Source of the DNA: an uncultured Pseudomonadota bacterium
GTDB taxonomy: Bacteria; Myxococcota_A; Polyangia; Fen-1088
Direction: 5' to 3'
NCBI GenBank assembly: GCA_963831685.1
Contig: CAWHRJ010000002.1
Coordinates: forward strand, 675,188 to 739,187
Length of the DNA stretch: 64,000 bases
Shown here in pieces: positions 57,163 through 64,000 of the stretch. Below the pieces are notes generated by a model. That model saw only the letters and a program-made list of their open reading frames with translations. It ran no database searches and was not told where the DNA came from. Every line of letters begins with the position of its first letter. Within the stretch, counting starts at the first letter, position 1. The position numbers were made by a program, and so were the translations under genes.

Positions 57163-57503
57163 GTGGACTCCCAAGTGCCTCTTTCTCAAGCCCGCCCGTG
57201 CCGAGGTCGAAACCGAACTGGTCGATCGTCAGGCGGATTTGTATCACGGGTCATGGATGAAGCAACGCCCTGATTGTTTACCGACGCGTGAATTCGATGC
57301 CGTGGTCGCCCGGACCTGCCACCGTCGGTGCGACCGATCGACATCCACCCGGGGCTGGCTCCCGACGGGCCGGTCGGCGCCGGATTATCGGAAATTAAAT
57401 CGGGGGCCTCGCCGCAATGGACCGCAACGAAGCCCCCGACCCCCGACTCTCTATTGTCGCGCTATTGGCGCTTTTGTTTATCCAATTTTGACGACTGCGC
57501 TCA

Positions 57504-59403
57504 TTACGGGCCCGGGACGAAGACCGTCGCCCAGCCGCTGCTGGGCATCGAGAACGAGTACTTCGCGCCCTTGATGGAGACCACGTACGCGCTGTTGGCC
57601 GAGCCGGAGTTGTACATGACCGCCACCTCGCTGCCGTCCGGGTTCTTGAAGGCGATCGCGTCGCCGCCGCTGGTGCCGACGACCGTCGCGCCGACCTGGG
57701 TGTACTGCGAGCAGTGGCGGAAGACGTAGTAGGCCGGCGTCGCGATCAGCGCCTTCGACGAGGTGTTCACGGTCAGCAGCGCGTCCTGTGCCCACTGCCG
57801 GGTCGTGTCGTTCCCCTTGCCGCCGGTGTCGAGAATCATGTTCCAGGCGTTGTACGAGGTGACCTTGCCCTTGGTGATCGCGTCGCGGATGTAGCCCCAG
57901 GACTCGACACCGTAGGCCTGATCGTTGGGCGCCGGCTCCACGTACTTCGGAGACCCCGACGGGTTCCAGGGGTAGTTACCGCATTTGTGCTCGGTCGCCC
58001 AGACCGGAAGGCTGCCGGTCATGAAGGTCGACGGGCTGACGCCGCTGGTCTTTCCCTCGTAGAGGTCCAGCATCCCCCACTGCAGGCCCATGACCTTGGG
58101 GATCGCCTTTGCCGACGAGTCGGCCTCCACGCCCTGGACCACCTTCAGATCGAAGCTGGTCGAGCCGTTGTCGCCGTTCGACATCGTGCCGAGCATGATC
58201 TTGGTGCTACCGGAGCTGGGGAACGCCGTCGCCAGCGCCCCCTTTTCAAAGCTGACGTAGTCCGCCGTGTTCCACAGGCAAGACGGGTAGCCCTGCGCGT
58301 AGTTCGGCTCGTTCTGCGGCGCGATGTAGTCGATCGGGATGCTCATCCCGCTATACGCCGAGACCCACTTCGACAGATAAGTGGCGAGGGCCGTCAGGTT
58401 GGCGCTGGTCGCGTTCATGCAGCCGCCGTCGAAATTGGTGCTGCCGACCTTCGCGCACGAGGTGCCGTTGCTGTTGCTGCCGCTGAACGTCTTCATCCAG
58501 GTGGGCGGCGTCCAGGGGCTGGCCCAGAAGCGGAGCTTGCTGTTCACCTTCTGCGCCGCCTGCACGTAGGGGATCAGGTACTTCATGTCCTGGCTGATCG
58601 AGAAGCTCGAGAGGCTGGTGTCGCCCGAGGTCTCGTCGTCCGTGTAGCGCGAGATCGCGTAGTCGCTGGCGCCGATCGGGATGCGCCCGATGGCGAAGTG
58701 GGCCGCGTCGGCACCGAACAGCAGGTCGAGGGCCTTGTTCTGGTCGGCCGTGCTGAGCATCGCCAGGTAGTTCGCCGCCCATCTCGTTGAAGGCGCCTCC
58801 GAAGCCCTCCCAGTTCGAACTAATCGTCGTGCCGTCGTTGACGGTCACGGTCGCGCTGGCGGTCGAGGTCGCCAGCGTCCCGGTCACCCAGTAGGTGCTG
58901 GCGCCGGTCGAGCCGTTCGAGGTCACGACCAGCGGCTGCGAGGAGGTGCTGCCGCCCGTCCCGGTCGAGCCGCCCGTGCTGGTGCCGCCCGACCCGGTCG
59001 TGCCGCCCGTGGTCGTGCCGCCGGTGCCGGTGTTCCCGCCGCTGGCGGTCGAGCCGCCGGTGCTGCTGCCGCCCGAGCCGGTGTTGCCGCCCGACGCGCT
59101 GTTGCCGCCCGAGCCGGTGTTGCCGCCCGACGCGCTGTTGCCGCCCGAGCCGGTGCTGCCACCGCTGCTCACGGAGCCGCCGGTCCCGGTGTTGCCGCCG
59201 CTCGACGAGCCGCCGCTGCCGGTGTCGCCGCCGGTCCCGGTGATGACGATCATGCCGCCGGTGCCGGTGTCACCACCGCTGCCGGATGAGTTCCCGCCGC
59301 TGCCATTCGAGCCTCCGCTGCCACCACCCTGCCCCTGTTGGGCGCAGGCGGTGAAAAGGAACGCGAGGCTAAGTCCGGTGATGGATAGGCGTGCTGTCTT
59401 CAT
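57504..59403 (-). pseudogene. GH30 glycoside hydrolase with Gly/Ser linker, lipoprotein; one apparent frameshift
   Basis: MKTARLSITGLSLAFLFTAC, linker, ...NWEGFGGAFNEMG, then a shift near 58773-58780 to NYLAMLSTADQNKALDLLFG...IGASDY...YIAPQNEP...WATEH. Confidence 0.8.
59065..59160. repeat. 36-bp tandem repeat encoding the SGGNSASGGNTG linker
   Basis: gttgccgcccgagccggtgttgccgcccgacgcgct is repeated about 2.6 times. Confidence 0.75.
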
Positions 59404-59442
59404 GATCCCCACCATTCCCGCTGGCCGCCAAACTGATCTCTG

Positions 59443-59461
59443 CTTTCCGGAAACGTTTCTG
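59443..59461. promoter_or_regulatory. Composite palindrome cTTTCCGGAAACGTTTCtg upstream of GH30
   Basis: Overlapping TTTCCGGAAA and GAAACGTTTC palindromes lie 40 nt upstream of the GH30 ATG. The AAACGTTT core resembles LacI-family operators. Confidence 0.35.
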
Positions 59462-59557
59462 AGCAGGTCACGCGACAAGGCAAACAGGTGGGGCATTGGA
59501 GGACTCTGCACCACCGCAAGCGCGCGTGTCTTCGCATATTTCGCGGGATTCTCATAT

Positions 59558-59612
59558 CTGGCGAGCATCTCCTGGCCTGTCGCGTCTGGCGAGCATCTCT
59601 TGGCCTGTCGCG
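59558..59612. repeat. 27-bp direct tandem repeat (two copies)
   Basis: CTGGCGAGCATCTCCTGGCCTGTCGCG (59558-59584), then T, then CTGGCGAGCATCTCTTGGCCTGTCGCG (59586-59612). Confidence 0.85.
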
Positions 59613-59671
59613 CGATGCGCGCGCGCCGTCGGGCTCAGCCGGGTGCGAAATTGATCTCCGGCGCGTACCGG

Positions 59672-60673
59672 TTACTTCACCGACGACGCGCGCGCGTCAC
59701 GCGTCGCTTCCATGCCCTGGGCCTGGGCCTGCAGGTTGATCTCCTGCTCCACCACGTAGAGCGGGCGGCGCTTCACCTCCTCGTAGATGCGCCCCACGTA
59801 CTCGCCAAGGATTCCCGTCATGAGCAGCTGCGCCGACGATCCGAGGCCGACCACGATCATGAGCGTCGTCCACCCGCGCACGACGCCACCGAAGAACTTC
59901 GAGTAAAGCGCCCACCCGACGCCGCCCATCGCGACGACGCCGGCCAGGATCCCCAGCCAGGTGGCCATCCGCAACGGGACGATCGAAAAGGAAGTGATCC
60001 CGTCGACGGCGAAGTGGAGCATTTTGCGAAAGGGGAACTTGGTCTCGCCGGCGAACCGCGCCGGCCGATCGTAGGTGACGGCCGTCTGGCGAAAGCCGAC
60101 CCACCAGACGAGGCCGCGCACGAACCGGTGACGCTCGCGCAGGGCGCACAGCGTCCGCACGACCGAGCGGCTCATGAGCCGGAAGTCCCCCGCGTCGACG
60201 GGGATCGCGGCGCCCCCCAGCATCACGCGCAGCAGGCGATAGAACAGGGCGGCGCTCAGCTTCTTGAACACGGTCTCGCCGTGGCGCTGCGCGCGGACCC
60301 CGAACACCACGTCGAACCCTTCCCGCCAGCGGGCGACCATCTGGCGGACCACCTCGGGCGGATCTTGCAGATCGGCGTCCATCACCACCACCGCCTCGCC
60401 GTTCGCGCGATCGAGCCCGGCCGTGATCGCCATCTGGTGGCCGAAGTTGCGCGAGAGCGAGATGACCTTGTAGCGCGGTTCGGCCGCAGCCAGCTCGGTG
60501 AGCAGCGCCAGCGATCGATCCTTCGAGCCGTCGTCGACGAAGATGACCTCCCAGGATTCGCCGACGCCGCTCCCCACGTCGGCCAGGAACGCGCGCAGGC
60601 GGCGGTCGAGCTCCGGGATGATCGCTTCCTCGTTGAAGATGGGAAGAACCAACGAAAGGATCGGACCCGTCAT
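59672..60673 (-). CDS. GT2 polyprenol-phosphate glycosyltransferase (ArnC/GtrB/DPM1-like)
   Basis: LSLVLPIFNEE...VIFVDDGSKD...SRNFGHQ.A...VVVMDADLQDPPE, plus two C-terminal TM helices. Confidence 0.9.
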   Translation of the reverse strand: MTGPILSLVLPIFNEEAIIPELDRRLRAFLADVGSGVGESWEVIFVDDGSKDRSLALLTELAAAEPRYKVISLSRNFGHQMAITAGLDRANGEAVVVMDADLQDPPEVVRQMVARWREGFDVVFGVRAQRHGETVFKKLSAALFYRLLRVMLGGAAIPVDAGDFRLMSRSVVRTLCALRERHRFVRGLVWWVGFRQTAVTYDRPARFAGETKFPFRKMLHFAVDGITSFSIVPLRMATWLGILAGVVAMGGVGWALYSKFFGGVVRGWTTLMIVVGLGSSAQLLMTGILGEYVGRIYEEVKRRPLYVVEQEINLQAQAQGMEATRDARASSVK

Positions 60674-60706
60674 CGGCCCTGTATATCATCAGGCTCGAAC
60701 GCCGGC

Positions 60707-62335
60707 ATGCCTGCGCCCAGCCCAACAGAGCCGCGTTCGCGGAGATTCCAGGCGTTGTTGCTGGCGGTCTTCGCCCTGGGCGTGGTGCTGCGTGCGCCGA
60801 CGTTCCTGCGGCCCCTGCTCTCCGACGACGAGGCGATCTACGCGACGACGGCGGACGCGCTCGCGCGCGGCGACCAGCTTTACCGCGACGTCGTCGACCA
60901 CAAGCCGCCGCTCATCTACCATCTCTACCGGGCCGGCTTCGCGCTCGCCGGGCCGTACGACACGCAGGGGGCGCACCTGCTGGTCGTCCTCTCCGTGCTG
61001 CTGACGGCCGGCCTGCTCTTCTCGATCGCCTCGGGCGAGCGGGCGGCGCGCGGCGAGGGACTGGCCGCCGCGGGGCTGTTCCTGATCTTCTCGACGACCT
61101 GGCACGACTACGACGCGCTGGCGGCCAATTGCGAGCTCTTCCTGTTGTTGCCGCAGGCGCTCGGCGCCTGGCTGCTCCTGCGCGATCTTCGCGCCCCGGC
61201 GCGCGGCGCGCGCGGCTGGGCCCGTCATCTGGCGATCGGCGCGCTCATCGGAACGTCGGCGCTCCTCAAGTATCAGGGGCTCACCTTCCTCGGCGCGTCG
61301 ATCGGCATGCTGCTCTGGTGGTCGCTCCGCGGGCGCGCGCCGAGGTCGTGGGTCGCCTCCCGCGCCCTCTGCCAGGTCGCGGGCGCGCTGGCGCCGGCGG
61401 CGCTCTACGTCCTGCGCTGCCGCGCCGCGGGCAACGCCGCGGACGCGATCTACTGGCTCAGGTTCAACTTCTCCTACGTGGGTGCCGGTCTGACCGGCTT
61501 CGAGGCGCTCGGGCGCGGCCTGCGGCGGACGGGCCTCGTCGGCGGCGCCGCGCTGGTCCCCTACGCGCTCGGGATCTGGGGCGCGGTCACGGCCGCGCGG
61601 GACCTCGCACGCAGCCTGGGCCACCGGACCCAAGGCACACCGGACGACGCGCCGGGCAGTGTGGAGGTCCCCGCGACGCCGGCAGTGCTGGGCCTCCTCT
61701 GGCTGGCAACCTCCGCCCTCGCGCTCTCCGCCGGCGGGCGCTTCTTCGGCCACTACTTCCACCTGATCCTGCCGCCGCTCTGCCTGCTGGCGGCGCCCGG
61801 GTTCGTGCGCCTCTGGCAGACAGGAGGCGCGCGCCGGCTCGCGCTGGCTGTGCTGTGCGCCCTCCCCGCCCTGCTCTTCTTCGCGCTCGGCTCTTTCGCG
61901 CGGCCGCTCGCCGCCCGGCTCGACGAAAGCGAGCCGCCGTACGCGGAGATCGCCGCCCGCATCGACCGCCTCACCGCGGCCGACGAGCGGATCTTCGTCT
62001 GGGGGAATTCGCCCCAGCTCTACGTCCTCGCCCGCCGGCCGATGGGCGCCCGGTTCTCGTCGGCCAACTTCGTCACCGGCGAGAGCCCGGGAACGCCGAC
62101 CGAGACGGGCGCGCGGAACGCCGACGCCAACCAGGATCCGGTCCGCTGGCAGATGCTGTTCGACGATCTCGAGCGGCGCCGTCCCGCGCTGCTCGTCGAC
62201 GCCGCGGCCGCCGGCTGGGACGGCTACGGCAAGTACCCGCTCGCCCGCTATCCGCGGTTGCGCGGCTACGTCGACGCCCACTACCGGCCCGTCGAGGTGA
62301 GCGCGGGCGTCGTCCTCTACCGCCGGCTGCCCTGA
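60707..62335 (+). CDS. ArnT/PMT-like (GT39/GT83-type) polytopic membrane glycosyltransferase
   Basis: C-terminal 542 aa of the 1146-aa ORF, starting MPAPSPTEPRS. Early DDEAIY motif in the first loop, HKPPLIY, many TM helices and a soluble C-terminal domain. Confidence 0.75.
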   Translation: MPAPSPTEPRSRRFQALLLAVFALGVVLRAPTFLRPLLSDDEAIYATTADALARGDQLYRDVVDHKPPLIYHLYRAGFALAGPYDTQGAHLLVVLSVLLTAGLLFSIASGERAARGEGLAAAGLFLIFSTTWHDYDALAANCELFLLLPQALGAWLLLRDLRAPARGARGWARHLAIGALIGTSALLKYQGLTFLGASIGMLLWWSLRGRAPRSWVASRALCQVAGALAPAALYVLRCRAAGNAADAIYWLRFNFSYVGAGLTGFEALGRGLRRTGLVGGAALVPYALGIWGAVTAARDLARSLGHRTQGTPDDAPGSVEVPATPAVLGLLWLATSALALSAGGRFFGHYFHLILPPLCLLAAPGFVRLWQTGGARRLALAVLCALPALLFFALGSFARPLAARLDESEPPYAEIAARIDRLTAADERIFVWGNSPQLYVLARRPMGARFSSANFVTGESPGTPTETGARNADANQDPVRWQMLFDDLERRRPALLVDAAAAGWDGYGKYPLARYPRLRGYVDAHYRPVEVSAGVVLYRRLP

Positions 62336-62360
62336 GGCCGCGGCCGCGCCGGGCGGCGGC

Positions 62361-63284
62361 TCAGCCGGGTGCCGCGGGTCCCGTCGCGCGGGACGAGCGG
62401 ACCAGATAGACGCCGGTCGCGACGACGGCGACCGGAATGACGTGGGTCAGGTGGTAGGCAAGCGCGTAGGAGACGGCGACGTCGCGCGGGGTGCCGCACA
62501 TGACCAGCGCCATCACCGCGCCGGCCTCGAAGGTTCCGAAGTTTCCCGGCAGCGTCGGGATCGCGATGGCGGCGTTGATCCCGATCAGCGTCAGCAAGGC
62601 GGTGGCGAAGCTCGGCGTGAGATGGAAGGCGCTCTGGAACAGCACCAGCATCACGAGCTCGCTCGCCCATCCGAGCAACGAGAGAGCGACCATGGCCGCC
62701 ACCCGGCGCGGGGTGGAGGCCGCGAGCCCGGCCGCGAGCGCGCGCTTCACGCGCGGCCACCGGCCGAGGCGGGGCACGAGAACGCGGCCGGTCGCGAGCA
62801 GGGCCGCGTAGGCGGCGACCGCCGCCCCGGAGAGTCCCATCGCCACCGTCCGCAGCTTGGTCGTGAGCGCGGCGACGAAGATGAGGATGGCGAAGGCGAG
62901 CGCCTCGGCGCCGCGCTCGGCCCAGGTGCAGGCGTAGTCGACCGCGAGCTGCCCCTGCTGCCGGCGCAAGCGCGACGCGCGCACCAGATCGCCGCTGCCG
63001 AACCCGATCGCGGCGTTGGCCAGCAACCCCTCGACGGTGGCGGCCAGCACCTGACGAAACGGCGGCGGTGCGACGAGGGCCAGCCGCCAACGTGCGGCCT
63101 TGATCGGCAGGAAGACGGCGAGGTTGAGCAGGATCGTCGCCGTCACCGCCCAGGGCGCGTTCGGCGAGACACGGACCGCCCAGGGTTTCTCGCGCGAGAG
63201 AACGCCGGCCAGCAGGCAGAGCGGAATCAGCCGCAGGGCGATGCCCACCCGCGCGCGGGTCTTCGCCGTCGTCTTTCCCTGCAT
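62361..63284 (-). CDS. UPF0104 / lysylphosphatidylglycerol-synthase-TM-region-like (flippase-like) membrane protein
   Basis: 307 aa, multi-TM. LPGNFGTFEAG near the C-terminus is typical of this family. Confidence 0.7.
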   Translation of the reverse strand: MQGKTTAKTRARVGIALRLIPLCLLAGVLSREKPWAVRVSPNAPWAVTATILLNLAVFLPIKAARWRLALVAPPPFRQVLAATVEGLLANAAIGFGSGDLVRASRLRRQQGQLAVDYACTWAERGAEALAFAILIFVAALTTKLRTVAMGLSGAAVAAYAALLATGRVLVPRLGRWPRVKRALAAGLAASTPRRVAAMVALSLLGWASELVMLVLFQSAFHLTPSFATALLTLIGINAAIAIPTLPGNFGTFEAGAVMALVMCGTPRDVAVSYALAYHLTHVIPVAVVATGVYLVRSSRATGPAAPG

Positions 63285-63287
63285 TGG

Positions 63288-64000
63288 TCAGGCGGCGGCG
63301 TGCGAACGCCAGCGGGGCCGCTCGGCCGGCTTCCGGGCGACGCGCTGGAAGACGTCGAGGATGCGCCCGCCGACCTTCTCCCAGTCGAACGCGTCGGCGA
63401 TGACGCGCCCGCGCGCGATGCGCTCGCGCTGATCCCGCCGCAAGGTCTCGCTGACGGCTGCGGCGAAGGCGTCGACGTTGTCCTCTTTGGCCATGACCAC
63501 GTTGGACCAATGCTCGCCCGCGTTGCCGGTGCCGAGGCCCGGGAGCGCCACCACCGGCAGGCCGGCGGCGAACGCCTCCAGCACCATGATCGAGAATCCG
63601 ACCGCCCGGGCCGGCAGCAGGAACGCCGAGGCCGAGGCGAGCAGCTCTGGCCGCTGGTCGAAGACCGCGCCCAGGAACTCCACCCGATCGCGGAGCGCCG
63701 GCGCGACCTGCGCCTCGAGCGCGGCACGCATCGGGCCATCGCCAGCCATCAGCAACCGGACATCGGGAAAGGTGGGCCCGATCCGGTTGAACGCCTCGAT
63801 CGCCACCTCGGGCCCGTTGCGCGACTCGAGCCGACCGAGAAAGACGATGTTGCGCGTCCCCGGCCGCAGGTAGCGGGCGCTCGGCGCCGCGCGCCAGTAG
63901 CCGACGTCGACGCCGTTCGGGATGATGGTCGGCTGGAAATCGGCGTACCGGCGCCAAGCATGCGAGGTCGCCTCCGAGACCGCGATGACCGCGGTGGCGC
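63288..64000 (-). CDS. GT4-type glycosyltransferase, 5' end beyond the window
   Basis: ...IIPNGVD...VFLGRLESRNGPEVAIEAFNRI...LLMAGDGP...VEFLG...SASAFLLPA..VGFSIMVLEAFAAGLPVVA is the GT-B C-terminal domain pattern. The same frame continues to position 64000. Confidence 0.8.
   Translation of the reverse strand, partial: ATAVIAVSEATSHAWRRYADFQPTIIPNGVDVGYWRAAPSARYLRPGTRNIVFLGRLESRNGPEVAIEAFNRIGPTFPDVRLLMAGDGPMRAALEAQVAPALRDRVEFLGAVFDQRPELLASASAFLLPARAVGFSIMVLEAFAAGLPVVALPGLGTGNAGEHWSNVVMAKEDNVDAFAAAVSETLRRDQRERIARGRVIADAFDWEKVGGRILDVFQRVARKPAERPRWRSHAAA

Noticed and set aside
59404-59671. A sigma-54 type promoter (TGGCAC-N5-TTGC) upstream of GH30.
   Set aside because: No acceptable match is present on the minus strand.
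58895-60706. The N-terminal 600 aa of the 1146-aa ORF (Pro/Val/Leu-rich, then Arg/His-rich).
   Set aside because: It reads antisense through the GH30 linker and the GT2 gene. Only the part from 60707 (the ArnT-like membrane protein) is credible.
60689-63957. Minus-strand ORFs 60689..62281 (530 aa) and 62317..63957 (546 aa).
   Set aside because: They are antisense or out of frame relative to the ArnT-like, UPF0104 and GT4 genes, and have Arg-rich low-complexity composition.

Overview
The window is a 64 kb, gene-dense, very GC-rich bacterial chromosomal segment. By eye it is about two-thirds to 70 percent G+C; I did not compute this. Lipobox proteins, Gly/Ser-linker CAZymes, Cys-rich secreted proteins and many toxin-antitoxin (TA) modules suggest a Myxococcota-like genome, but that is inference only. 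All protein calls come from reading motifs in the supplied translations. No searches were run.

Layout:
- 1-374: BrnT remnant plus brnA.
- 393-1790: Cys-rich lipoprotein.
- 1.9-12.6 kb: non-phosphorylative L-fucose catabolic locus. It holds an FAH hydrolase, fucD, an SDR, an amidohydrolase lactonase and an unknown 391-aa protein, divergent from a sugar ABC importer, plus an HSD17B14-like SDR.
- 12.6-14.4 kb: visibly AT-richer island with a decayed TcmP-like gene and a DUF4062-like gene.
- 14.5-18.7 kb: mosaic of duplicated RibD_C-like fragments, a Sel1/DUF1311 gene and a RelE/ParE module.
- 18.7-26.4 kb: ydeI-like gene, ppa, an FKBP isomerase, a Vgb-like propeller and two paralogous small Cys-rich proteins.
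- 26.4-29.2 kb: lutABC.
- 29.3-29.9 kb: vapBC.
- 30.0-34.7 kb: minus-strand cassette array delimited by five attC-like structured repeats, with an attI-like core and no integrase in the window.
- 34.9-59.4 kb: large xyloglucan-type CAZyme locus (GH31, GH29, GH35, CE20-like, CBM lipoprotein, GH12, GH5, GH43, GH74, two outer-membrane barrels, GH3, GH30), interrupted by mqsRA.
- 59.7-64.0 kb: GT2 / ArnT-like / UPF0104 / GT4 envelope-glycosylation cluster.

At least 25 single-base frameshifts are concentrated in a few genes: fucD, the ABC ATPase, lutABC, brnT, the tcmP-like gene, the Sel1 gene, ydeI and GH30. More than 20 kb of long CAZyme ORFs are intact. I cannot tell from the sequence alone whether this is real gene decay or an assembly artefact.

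The most interesting candidate is the integrase-less, integron-like array, whose cargo looks like orphan immunity and TA genes. No rRNA, tRNA or CRISPR array was seen.
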